Assembly (NCBI GenBank): GCA_000708835.1
Contig: DF237507.1
Coordinates: 1 to 50,220, forward strand
Reading direction: 5' to 3'
From: Klebsormidium nitens
Lineage: Eukaryota > Plantae > Klebsormidiophyceae
Length of the DNA stretch: 50,220 nt
Shown here one piece after another: positions 9,808 to 22,428 of the stretch. The notes below the pieces were generated by a model. The model was not told the DNA's origin. It saw only the letters and a list, made by a program, of their open reading frames with translations, and searched no databases. The position numbers and the translations under genes are program-made. Positions within the stretch are counted from its first letter, which is position 1. Every line of letters starts with the position of its first letter.

Positions 9808-12794
9808 ATGATCTTTGGCATCTCCTACGGCGAGCTCGCAGCCATCCTTGTTGTTGGGGCGGTCGCCTTTGGTGAGCATACACAGCGTGGCATTCTCAAG
9901 GAGTCTTCCCTCTGCTCTGTTTGGTCTGTGTGATTGAAAGGGCGTATTGCTTTTGCATTCAGCATTGAAGATTAGCAACAGATGCAGCAGACTTGTACAA
10001 GACACCACATCATATCAACAAGTGATTCTCACAACATGTGCAGTTGATTACAAATCATTGCTACTTAACACCACCATCACCACCTTCTCCACCAACGTGC
10101 AAGTCTCTGACGCACCTAAGTTCTCTTTGCCCTGAATTTTTACCAGATGTATTGTTGAAGACGAGAACAGGAGTAGATCTTCAGGGGCTTGTGATTGTAC
10201 CACTTGGTCACCAGCTATCTGACGAGTCTGGACACAAGTGAACAACTTCCCGCTCAAAGATCAATCGAGGAGCCTGATGTAGTGATTGGTGCCGGCAAAT
10301 CACAAATGAAGGAACCGCATAGCCCAGAGAGCTCCTTTTCATAACCATGTCCACTGCAGATTGAAAGACCACCTGCAACGCACCTGAACTTCATTCGGAA
10401 GTAAAACCCTCAACCTAGTGAGATGGTTGACAAACAACACTCTCTCAAACACCTCATTCTGTCTCTTACACCCTCCAATTCTGTGGAACTACTCACATAC
10501 ACCAAGAGGAAATTGCATCACTCTACTTCATTGCAGGGCCCAAAGACCTACCCGTTATTGCAAGGGCCGCTGGGCGGTTAACCGGACAGGCGGTGGGCTA
10601 TGTCTCTGCCCTACGGAGCAGGGCACAGACGTTTGCTGAGAAGACACAGCTTGATGAGGTGAGCATTTTGAGTGGCTGAAAGTGTCTGTTCCTTTCTTCA
10701 TTCTGATGGAGAAGTACAGAGACTATTGCCTTTCTGGAGGAAGTTCTGCCATCTTTTTACAAAGGACAAAACAATCTGTTCAGTCTCCAAGAATGACGAG
10801 CGTAGAATGAAAGTGGATGCGCTTAAGCTGTAGCTGGGGCATTGCAAGCCCTGTTGAGGGACTGTATCCAACATTAGATGCCTTGGCTTTCCACCCAGCC
10901 TTGCTTTGGAGTCAGTTACTCAAGTCCAACACAAACTTTGGACATGATCAGTATCCTGACGACTGGCTGCGTTTCCTTTTTACATCCTGATATTTGCAAC
11001 GCGATTGAAGACCACAGAGTCCTCAAAACGTGCTTGCCTGGCATGCACATCCAACAAAGGAAAACGGGTGGAGCTTTCCATACATTGGAGCTTTGATTGT
11101 AAGTAATACAAAACGTAACCCATGTTCGTTGGTTCACACCAGTTGCAAAAGGAGCTGCAGCAGACCATCTCTCAGCTGAAGTATCCTTAAAGTCTCCGCA
11201 TACGATCCAGGTTTTGCAAACTGGGGTCAACCTTAACCCACTTTCTGCGTATCCCCTGCTAGCTGCACAAGGAGCTCCAACAGACGATGTCTCAACTGGA
11301 GGCGATCCGGTACGAGATCCGCACCGGTGCCAACATCCTGGTGCCGGGATCGATGACTAACCGGCTGGCGACCCGAGCGGTGGAAGCGGCCAATGCGCGT
11401 GTTGGGGGTGCGGGTAAGCCCGTTTGCGATCTGAGAGGGCCTCGATCAAAAGTCACAGACAACAGTTTGCTGGAATCAATAAAGTAGAGAGAGCCTTGAA
11501 TTCAGACGATGGCCCTCAGATCATCCTTGCACATATTCGATTTTGAGGCCCACTTACGATCTTGAAATTTCCATCTGGTGATAACACACGAGCACTGGTG
11601 AAGCGATAAACACTGAACGGCGGTCATCTTGACGATTGTGTGCCGGAGATGTCTTGCCCCCCGTCGTTATGACAAAATGGATCGGCTTTTCAAGCCCCCG
11701 ACCTCATGACCTTTGCGATGGGGGCTTGTCGCGTGACCAACTGATACGCACTCGAAATGAATGCGGGCCACAAGTCGTTGGGAGTTTGTTGAGCTGACTC
11801 TCAGGCCCATAAGCAAGAAGAGGTCGTCAAGAATCTTCCAACAGAGTCAAGCCTCGGATGAGGTTCCGATGAAGAGAACACAGTTCAGAGTATTAGTGGG
11901 TCAATATTTTGAAAGAATGATCATAGGTTCCTGATGCTGTCGAGGCAAGCTTTGACATCGTTCTTCCTTTGCTCTGCTTTCTTTCCAGGCAATGCGCAGA
12001 CGACAGTCACAGCTTCCTCCGTTTCGGTCGAAAGTACGGAACCTCCTGCAAGCGCATCAATGGCCTCGCCCGACTCCCCTTCTACTTCTATGAGCTCGCA
12101 CTTCCAACAGCAAACTGTCTCCAGACTAGTTACTTCAAACGCTGCCAGTCAAGACTTGCCAGATTTGACAAGTTTGTCTGCACAAAGCACAGTGTCTGCG
12201 AAAAGTGTAGGGGTCGGAAGCTTAGGATTGAAGCACGCGCAAGAGTTGCTCGATCGGCGAAGGGAGGGGGTACCGACAGCGGGGACTACGGGCAACACTG
12301 GTTTTGAGACTCTGCCGATCTCGGCAGTGAGTGCGGGGCTGCTTCCGAGGCGGGCAGGTGAGAGCTGTCAAACACAGTTTCTCTCTTAACTTACTTGCTA
12401 CTTTGACTGACATGCCTATGGCCTATGCCCATCTAGGATTCTGAAAACTGGAATAGCCGGGTCTTCCTTGCAACCACTCGCCTCTTGACAAGCTATCAGC
12501 TACATGATGTTCTTATTGGCCAATGTGCGAATGCTGGCAACCAATCAAGGCGTTGCTTTTCCACTTTCTGATGTGCTTGTCTTAGCCTCCTTATTCGAAT
12601 TCTGGGGCGTCCTATGCACTTTAGCACAAAGGCTCAGTCGAATTGCTTGAGACGTCAATTCTTCGCGTGTGCGTGCAGACGGCGCAAGTGGGGGAGCAGA
12701 CATTCTGTCGGACGCCATTGTTGAACGACAGATAAGTCTGCAAGCTAACGACTTCATCAGGAACATGTCAAAGCCCCCAGAAAACCCACGATAA
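9808..12794 (+). CDS. tatB: Plant mitochondrial TatB-like twin-arginine translocase subunit, 5 exons (9808-9871, 10537-10658, 11263-11413, 11989-12357, 12679-12794), 273 aa
   Basis: Phase-consistent GT-AG model. The N-terminus MIFGISYGELAAILVVGAVAFGPKDLPVIARAAGRLTGQAVGYV is a TatA/B transmembrane plus amphipathic helix. The C-terminal LPISAVSAGLLP...GGADILSDAIVERQI matches my recollection of land-plant mtTatB. Confidence 0.85.
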
Positions 12795-13995
12795 CGCATA
12801 CGTAGGCTAGCCAGTAGAGGCGGCCTGTGCTTGTTCATAGTTCATCGCCGCAGTACTGATGAAAAGCATCATGATCAAGTTCTTACAGGACCCGGCAGCC
12901 TGCTAGCACATCAGCGGCGCTTGGCATGTCACGGCAGCCTTGCAAAGCGCACAAAGGGCGTTTAAAATTTTCATGCATGCCGAATGCACAATTGCATCAT
13001 TCAGTATGTACGGTTGACTCCATTGTAGTGCGCAACAATGACGGGCCCACGTAGCTAAATTCGACGGTAGGTGCTGATCGATTATAGCTAGGTGGCGGCA
13101 CACACCGAGGCATGTGCTGCCATGGCTAGCTATAGAGCTGACTGACGGTCGTGTGTAACGTGTTGCCAACTATGTACGTACCGTACACGTATTTTTGAAG
13201 GGAAGTATCTATAAAATCGATCTGAGCATAATTATATTGGATATACTTATATACAGCTTACATTTACATCATACATAGGGGAGCTAGAAGTATATAGCTA
13301 GCTAGCATCATATAAAAGCTACAGAGCTTACTAATATAGGATAGCTTATATAAGGAGTATCTTTCGACTTAAGCAAACACGGCCGCCTCCGATTGCGAGC
13401 CGGCGCTAAGAAGCAATTCATTTCAGTTGTTGAACATATTGCTGCATGATCTTGCTCATGTGTCGTCAGTTCACACATTTACCATGCTGTACCGTGTTAC
13501 ATAATAAGGGGCTTTGAGCATGCAGCACACACAGTGACGTTCAGGCAGACCATACCATGCTTTATGGAAGGTAGTAGAACTTCAGCTTTTGAACGCAAAG
13601 ATGCACCACTAGGGTCGCTGTAGAGTGCATAGACAGATCTTTCGGCAAGGACACGGAGCAGTGAACAGGGCTGGGCAACTCACGACCTGAGGTTGGTCGA
13701 GCTATGGCCTACTAGTCACTCAATGCTAGGGCATCTAGAGCATAGCGGAAACTGTAAGGTTCTGATATTGCAAAAGCATATGTGGGTCACAAGCGTCATC
13801 TCACTCTTAATTAGCCCGCTCCTGCTGCACGTTTCTACTGGGCTGCATTAGTTCGTGGCCCCCCTTCTACGAGCAGGCTTCTGCGAAACACAAATGGAAA
13901 GACGCCATCTTTCTTTCTTCTCGTCCTCCCTTGCGCGGATCATGTGCGAAAGGTCTCCTCGTTGCGTGTCCTCCATTCTAATTCCTCCCCCAATA

Positions 13996-16900
13996 TCAAA
14001 CTGCCTCGTCTCCAGTCGCCTCCTTCGCAGTCTCCTTCTCCCCTTCCCCCGTCTCCTCTGCCGGACCTTCCTTCTCGGCCCCCTCTGTTTTCTCCTCTTG
14101 TGTCGTCCCTCCCTCCTCCTCCTTCTGTACTTGCTCCCCCTCTTCCTTCCCCTCCTTTTTCTCCCCCCCCTCCGTTACCCGTCCCTTCAGCTCCTCCACC
14201 CGCGCTGCAAACTCCGCCGCCGTGCCCGCGTCCTTCATCCGAACCGCCCACGTGCCCATTCCGCCGCCCGCTTCCCCCGCGTGGTTTACCACTGCGAAAC
14301 TCACCCCCCGGCCGTCCATCCGGGACAGCTTGAGGCCCGGGTAGATGTGCGCGTTCAGCAGCAGCCGCAGGTTGCCGCGCGCGCGCATCACGAGGCGCGC
14401 GCGCTGCGCGCCGTCCGCGGGCACGTTCACGCGCACCTCGCCCTTGCCGCGCTCCTTCCAGCCGCCGGCGAATTCGTAGAGCGTCGCGTCGGCCGCGAAC
14501 GCGGCCGTCTCCTGCGGGAAAGAAAGGGAGGTGGCGTCAGCGGGTGGGTCTTCGTTCTGCTTTTGTGACATGCATTGGACAACCTCTTGAGGGGACGAGA
14601 GGGCTGCTCTCACAAGGTCGAGAGAGTAATCAAGGCAGCTGGACCAGAAAGTTCTCCTTTTTCGAGGTTCTGATTTATTCGATATGTGCAGCTTTTCGGT
14701 AGAAGGATTGTGTGAGTGGGACCCACTGGAGCGGCTGTCCGTTGCCAACTGGCGGATGCCAGAGAAAAGAGAACGCCTTCAAGCAAGGTGGACGATATTG
14801 GAAGAACACTTTCTCAATGTGCCACACGATTTGCAGAACAGGTCAGCAAAGCGAAAGCGACCAGCATAGCTATTAGGTCAACTTGACAGTAAACAGCCTG
14901 CTGTGCTGAGTCTTGCTCTGACACCGACTCTCCTTATCTAAGGGAACCTGTCATGTGTTCGCGAGCACCACACAGTCCGACGGACGGGGCTCACCTTCTC
15001 TTCCCCTGTCTCGACCTTCACCTCTGTCAATTGCACGACGGGCGCCGGCTGGGGAAGGCTGGAACCGCCGCCCTCCTCGTCTGCTTCTGCACGCAGAAAG
15101 AAGCACGAGGGATCAGATGAAACCGCTCGAATCTTACGAAGTCTCCAGGGCGTCGCTGCACAATCCGCGTTTACTAAATCCCTTGGTATTAACCCTCGAA
15201 AGTCTAGATGTCTGAGGGCAGCACAATCGAAGCCGATCGATTGAGGATACGACCTATAATAAGAGCAGTTCGTCTTGGTTTGAGAAGGGTCGCATTAGGT
15301 GCTTCACAGTCTACTTCAAGACAAAAACTTAAAGAAGAGAACGGAAGACAATAGTGAAACAAAAAGCAGCATGGTACAGACTCGTCAATCTTGACCGTCC
15401 TCGTCTGAATAGAGCTTCTGAAACTGCAGGGGTGCTCATAACAAAATGGGGGCGCAACTCATAGACGGGTGTCCTTAGACAACAGTTTGAAGAAACACGA
15501 GGATCCCAACCTCGATCGGCGCGCTCTAAACAGAGCTTCCGTGACATCCGTCCATGCCGCAAGTCTTTCCAGAAACCACTTTCTCATCAAGTTGCTGTGA
15601 ACGTCACCCCAAGCGTCACGATCTGGGCAGGACGTGAAGGAGGCAAATGCCTTCACAACTCCGTTCGGGGTTTGCGCCCCTCGTTCAAGCTCGACAATTA
15701 GCTCTCCAGTAATCTAGAAGAGCCTTTCAAGTGAGCCCCTCACCTCCGTCATTACTCGCCGCAGAGGAGCCTGGTCCTCCAAACAGCTGCACAGGCGCGC
15801 CGTTGGTTCCTCCAAACACACTCGAGAGGGACGGGAAGCTCGAGGCGCCAGCCCCAAACGCAGGCGTGGAGCCGAAGGAAGCAGATGTGCCAGCAGCGCC
15901 CGTGCCAAAGTTGAAGGAGAAGGGGGAAGGGGTGGAGCCCGCTGGAAAGAGAGCACGTGCGCAAGTGAGGCAAGCTTCTTGCTGAATGATTCGGTGGCAA
16001 ACGAGTTGGGTTTCGGGATCTAGGGATCGACTGCATGAGAAGGACAGACGTTTCACTGCTTGGCTCACATTGAGCTGACTCAGAAGCTTCGGGGATTCTT
16101 GCGTGAGGACACGGACTTCTTGCTGCTCGATTCTACTTCAAAGCAGCCATCATTTCCGGAAGCAAGTCCTCCAATAGATTCGCATCGTCTTGAAAGCGGG
16201 CACTCTGGACCAGTAAAAGAAGGCAACGGACGAGGACATCAGGATATTGTAAAACGTCGTCTACTATCGGGCTCGTGTCAAGGCTTGTGAATTACAGCAC
16301 TTGCCCCCTCGCCTCTGCCAAGCAGTGTGCTCCTTCAACAAAGGTTCGTTCGGACAAGGCAAGGTGCCAGACTTGATCGGAGCCTGCCCTATGGACTCGC
16401 ACCGCAAAAGGTTTACCCTTATGGCAGCGCGCTTTGTAAGCGTCCGATGAAGGGCATCGTAAATCGCCAAATCAAAGCTGCATTCAGCATCTATGCTCAA
16501 TGCAAGACGCATCATTCTGAAGGCAAGACGGGTTTCAGAACATCAAACTCCATCCCGTGTGAGTGTAGCCTGTTTACAGGGACCCTGAACCGCAGTTGAT
16601 ATGTGTCCTGGATCCAGCAGCCCTGCCGCTGATCAGCAAAGTCCAGCCTACCTGCACTGCCAAAACCTCCACCGGTCCCTGCTCCAAAGCCGGTTCCAAA
16701 AGCATTGGAACCAGCAAACTTCCCAAAGCCCCCAAACCCTGGGGTTGTGGGCGGCTTCTTTGCCTCCTCTGGTGGTGCTTGCCCCGACGTAGACGCCCCG
16801 CCGACAGGCTCCTTGCGGTCGCCTTTGTTAACCTCCTCGCCTGTAAAAAGTGGAACAGACTTGAATGGTTGGTCGTGCGGCTGAGCTGTAGCAGACCGCA

Positions 16901-18068
16901 TCATCCTGCTTGCAGAGCATCATAAATCTATGCTACAAACTGATGATTGCAGAGTGCACAACCTCGGGCCCAGAGGCACATCTGCGAACTCGTCAACTGA
17001 TTAAGATGATTGCAAAGCAGAATGTACTTGAGGAAGTCCCTATGAAGGAAGCGCCTCTTTCATAACCTTCTTCTGTTCCAGAAGAGGCTCAGCACAAGCT
17101 GCACAGAAAATGAAAAAAACGCACTCCAATCCAAGGCAACAAACCAGATCAAAAGTGCGCGCCTACCTTCCTCCTCCTCTCCCGCCGCTGCCTCCACAGC
17201 CACTGCTACCGCAGGCGACTCTCCTTTGTCAGTCTTTGGAGCTTCCGGCTCAGGCGCTGGCGGAGCAGGGGTTGGAGGCGTCCCACCGGCGCCGGCGCCT
17301 GCGAGCAATTCTGATTCTATATTGTTTGGAGCACAGACGGTCTCATGTGATTGAGCAGAAACCTTCTACCTCATTCTTGCTTCCAGAACTTCAATTGCAG
17401 ACGACTTTGGTAAAGTCTACTGCATTGGTTGCGTTTTTTCAGAAACATTGACTACATTGGTGGCGTCTAATCAGAAAAAGCAATCGTCACCGATTGATGA
17501 GAAAGAGTGCACACAACTGCATTGCATTTCAAGAGCCGAAACCCAACTTGCAAGTGGCGTTGTATTTGTTGGTGTGTTGTCAATCTGCCTGGTGAAGCAA
17601 CCATTAACATTGGTGGTGGTAGATTCAACCGGCCACCAGCAGAATGCATGTCAAATGCATGCAACATTTCCGCTTTACCAGGATCCGCAAAACACTACAC
17701 CAGAAAATCTCTTTTAGCAAATGCAGAAACATGAGCTCAATTGTCAAATACTTGTCACCGTTCCTTATGATAAAAAACAACGCACCTAAGAGCCACTGAA
17801 ATATATCCAATTCTGGTCCCAGAACTGTCATACCTGCAGAAAGCAACGATACCGCTGCAAATGGATTGACCGCAGCGGGTGCAGGTACGACGGACGCCCC
17901 CGGCCGCCTGGCCTTCACTACCTTCCGCTTCTGCATGACGTCATCGGACGCCTTTGCAAACGTGCCCTGCGGCTCCGCCTCCTCCTGCTCGTCATCGTCG
18001 CGTGAGAAGTCGTCCTTTGTCAGCTGCCGTTCCGACGTCCGCTTCTTGCGGGAGGGTTCGTCCGCCAT
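13996..18068 (-). CDS. NUP50: Nucleoporin NUP50-like protein (N-terminal NUP50 domain, FG repeats, C-terminal Ran-binding domain), 6 exons (18068-17834, 17298-17167, 16840-16652, 15941-15744, 15086-14995, 14511-13996), 453 aa
   Basis: N-terminus KKRTSERQLTKDD...GTFAKASDDVMQKRKVVKARR; FG-rich middle; RanBD motifs VETGEEKE...LYEF...WKERGKGEVRVN...ARLVMR...LLLNAHIY. All splice phases are consistent. Confidence 0.9.
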
Positions 18069-18630
18069 GCTTGCACCTGTCTGTTGTGCTGAAGGATGCA
18101 AATGACTCCCCTATTATCAATATCAGAGCCTGATTGCCTCTCACGACAAGTTTCTTTCTTCCCAATCGTGAACAGCTTCGTGAAGCGCTATCTCAGTCTG
18201 CTGTTTGAAAGTGCTCTCTCGAGCTAGCCTTTGTACATTGTCACATGCACTGGCCCTGGAGGGTCTGGTTTTTTAAAATTTCAGCTAACCCAAATTGGGG
18301 GTTTGATCCCAACCAGCTTTAAAGCTTATTTAAAAGTTTCATGCAGACTCCGAGGTCGCTGGTTAGCAAGCTGGGTTTGCACATGCGCTTCTTTAAAGCT
18401 TAAAATTTGAAAGGTTGAGATTCCTCGAGCATGACCACCTCCTGGTCCAGCAGAGTTTGTATCATTATTCAAAAGTAGGTCCTACTGTAGGAGCAAGGAG
18501 CAAGAGGCAACGCCACATTGCCTCCTTATACAGGCATGCCCAGCTCATGCAGAGCTGAGCCCTGATGAAGTGGTGGTTGTGAAGATGTGGCACAACTGAG
18601 CTGGACGGGGGCAGATCCCTTTTGGAGACG
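18069..18630. promoter_or_regulatory. Probable bidirectional promoter between NUP50 and JMJD5
   Basis: Head-to-head genes about 0.56 kb apart with an AT-rich core at about 18270-18410. No individual element was identified. Confidence 0.4.
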
Positions 18631-21600
18631 ATGCAAGAGCAGGGGGGCCGCAAGCTTTCCCAGGATGTTCGTGTGCTGGAGCTTTGTGCGGGTGAGCCTT
18701 TGACTTTCTCATCACTTTTGAGTTTATTCGGAATGACACATTAATTCTCCTCAACCGCAGGGTTGCAAAAGACAACCCCCTCTTGCAAGAGACATCATGC
18801 CTTCACTCTTTCTCTATAGAAGCTTCATGGAACCTCTTCTGAAAAAGTCAGTACCAGCTCCTGGCAGCACTGGTGATCAGCTGAGCTGCTTATCAACTCA
18901 AGTTCATGAGAAGCAACCAGGACGGAATCCAGTATCGTCTACAGCCAAGGTCGTTGGTACATATAGCCTCCGAATAGCATCTGGATTGTGGTTATTTAGC
19001 ATGCTGCCCGATTGTGTTTCTCAGAGGTGATCATCAAACAAGGCTATTGGCTCTTAGCTGAAAAGAAGTACTTTCCTTGCTTGGCTCCTTCGACGACCGC
19101 TCACAACTGCGCTCCACTCAGAGGCGAGTGAACACAGAAAGAAAACAATCTGGTTTGGTCGTACAACTGAGACATTCTCTGTCACTTACTTAGACTTGAT
19201 CACCGTTGGTGGGTCAACTTGCGCCACCGTCCTCGAGTCAGCGGCGTCATACCTTGCATGGGACCTTCTGGACCAGGCAGCGATGCAAGCGGACGTCGTT
19301 CTGGACATCTCTTGGGAGAAGCTCCACACTGGCCCCTGGAAAGATGTCAACGTGGTGAGGCTGCTTACCTGGCATGTTATCTATCATAAGAGTCTCCCAT
19401 ATGATACACACTACCAAAATCGATAGATGGTTGCCTGGGTATAGACTCTCATACAATCATAAATCTGCTGGATGTCATGTTTCAGATTGTTGGATGTTGG
19501 TAGTCTGCCCTCAGTCAAGATGCGACCACCACCACTAGTAGCAAGTAGGGCACGAGACATGCGAGTCTCCTGACCTTCCAATCACGCCCTTTGCGACCAT
19601 CTTGAAACTCTCTCGCATACTCTCTCACACTCTTTCAAAAGTCAAGTGTCCGCCAACTCATCTCATCTGAGTGATACACCTTGCCTCGCAGGCCTGGCGG
19701 AATGCATACAGCTTGGCGGCAATTCTGACTGTCCGGTCACAAAAGCTGAACCCAGACTCTGCCGCCAGGGCGATGCGCGTCCTGGATTTGGCAGTCATGA
19801 TGGGGGGCCCGCTTTTTCGGCCAGAGATAGACGCTCTGATCAACCAGGTCCAAGCGTTAGCTGCCGAGCCTAGTCGTTCAGTAAACAACAAGCATGTTAC
19901 GAAAGAGTCAGGGTTGAGGTTCGAAGGTAGATTCGCTGAAGACTGGACAAAGAACCCGAGTGGAGAAGCGCAGGAGGGGACGCCAGTTGGGCCATCGAGT
20001 GCTGAGTATACCAAAGCTAGTTCGGAACAGGAGGCCACTTTCCCAGAAGATGGACTGTTTGACACGAAGAGAGTGAACAGAGTCAGGGAGCAGGGTGGAC
20101 CTTCAGGGGTGGCGTTACCTGACGTCACGGATGCAGAGGACGAACGGGAAAGGACGGACCACGACCGGCAAAGAAAGCGTGCGAAAGTCTCTTCCCGAAA
20201 GATCCCCCTCCCACCGAACTCAAACCCGTGCTCAGAATCCATCCCCCGAAGGCATGTGCCGTCGTTAGAAGCCTTCCTGTGCGAGCATATGCTGGCGGAA
20301 CGGCCAGTCATCGTCACAGGTGTAGTAACTCAATGGCCGGCTTTTCGGAGGTGGGGGGATCTGGCGTATTTGAAAAGAGTGGCTGGGTTAAGGACGGTTC
20401 CGGTGGAGGTTGGGGAGACTTACGTGGCGGAGAAATGGAGGCAGGAGCTTATGACAATGGGGAGGTTTATTGAGATGCATATGGAAGGAGGCGAGAGGCC
20501 GGAAGAGAGGGGCTACCTAGCGCAGCACCCACTGTTTGAACAGGTGAGACTGAGCAGAAGTTCGCAATTAGGGTCGGATCTGACTCCTGTGTCAACAATC
20601 CGATCCTGAGTTGGTTCAGAGTTGCTTATGGTGATGTCCGTGTTCGCCCCTTGTTGACGATGGTAAATAGTTATGACTCAGACAGAGGCAAGATCGTTTG
20701 AAGTTCTGGTCACGCTTTTTCCGGGCTATTAATAGTCAAACTTTTCGAAGGAGTTGGCGGATCCTTCTGACAATTTGCGAGGGGACCTCTGTACTTCTCT
20801 CCTCGAAACCAGTACGACAGGTCAGCCGGCCGATACTCTGTCACCTTTCCCATGACTCTTCTCCTTTGCCGTTCGAATTCTGGTTGATCGTGCTCGTTCT
20901 GAGCGAATTCTTCAAGACCGTTTCGTACGCCGATATTTGAATGAGCGAGAACTCTCTTCGTTATCCACCACAAGCTCCCTTGCTTGTAGCAAGCAACTAT
21001 GAGAAGCCAAGGAAATCTGTGAGAAAGAGGCTTCGTTTTCCCCTTACGGAGATCAGACAGCCCTTGTCGGGTCTCTCTCTTGTCAGCCTACCTTTTAGCC
21101 GACTGAATCTACCTTAACCGCCTTCTCTGTCAATACAGTCGACTCCCTCACGTTTGCAACGCCAGCTACACTTCGTGCCGCCCCGAAGCACCCTCGAATT
21201 TGAGCAGGAAACATATATCAAAGCTCTTTGCTCTTCTTTGCAGATTCCGGAGCTTCGAAAGGATATCGTCACCCCAGACTACTGCAGCCTCGGGGGGGGC
21301 GAGATGCAGTCGGTCAACGCCTGGTTCGGCCCCCCTGGGACGGTCACCCCGTTGCACTACGACCCCCATCACAACCTCCTTGCCCAGGTAGGTCAGATCA
21401 TGGCGCCTTGCTCTATGGTACCCATTCCTCGAAGTACTTAATATCCTAGCAGTGTGGCGCCCAACCTTCTCTACGATATTGGGAGAGAGGACACGTGCGA
21501 CTTCTGAAGTAAATGGTGTGCAGAAGGTGTTTTTTACTCTTTCAAGAAGGCAAAAACAGGTTCTCTTCTTTTCATCCGACGTCATCAAAAGTTCATAAGG

Positions 21601-22068
21601 ACATTGGACGGTTCGTGTCCCCTCCTTTTGACGGCCCAAGAGTGAACAGACTTGGAGGATAGTACAATTTTCATATTATGCTCTTCTGCCCATTACGAAC
21701 ATCCGACAACACCTTTCTACAGCTGTAGCAGGAAAAGAAGGCTGCGCTATCAGTACGGAATCCTGCCAACAGCTCCCTCAATAGTATTTTTTCTACAGGT
21801 GGTCGGTCGGAAGTACATCCGCCTCTACGCTCCTTCGGCTTCCGAGTGCGTCTACCCCCATACACAAGGCATGCTTACGAACACGAGTCGAGTTAATCTA
21901 GACCAAGTAGACAAGGGAGAGTTTCCACTTTTTGCCACGGCCCACTTCACGGAATGCGTCCTTGAGGCTGGGGAGGTGTTGTACATCCCGCCACGATGGT
22001 GGCACTACGTCACATCTCTGTCAAAGAGCTTTTCGGTGAGCTTTTGGTGGTCAGAGGGACAAGACTAA
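18631..22068 (+). CDS. JMJD5: JmjC-domain protein of the JMJD5/KDM8/JMJ30 group, 5 exons (18631-18691, 19194-19354, 19692-20543, 21244-21387, 21799-22068); start codon uncertain
   Basis: Motifs [20 protein letters not shown]; LDLAVMMGG; [10 protein letters not shown]; [23 protein letters not shown]; [30 protein letters not shown]; [28 protein letters not shown]. The HxD...H iron ligands are intact. Confidence 0.92.
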
Positions 22069-22428
22069 AGCGACCCAGGCCAGTTTGACCGGCCCACTGG
22101 TGATACTAAAGAGTATGCACCATAACTGTGATTTGTTCCGCCATTGAGTCTATAAAGATTGCTTTCATGGTGCACGCTCTGCGCTGCGCTGATACCGTCG
22201 ATCGTGGACCACAGGATCGTGAGCGGTCAGAAATACGGCAGTGCATATATGCATCGTCCTGCCGCTCGCTAATCGTTGACGTACGTGAGGATGCTGGAAG
22301 CGTAATACTGATATTATGACAGTCTGCGGGGCCAAAGCTGCGTCCATCGTGGCTTTTCGGGCATCATGTGCACCACTGAGCCTGCCCCCGATTGACGAGA
22401 ACTGAAGTGCCTCGCTTTCAACAGATAA

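Noticed and set aside
13855-14568. Long + strand ORFs antisense to the NUP50 last exon, and similar shadow ORFs over other GC-rich exons
   Set aside because: Explained by GC-rich codon usage of the real gene on the opposite strand.
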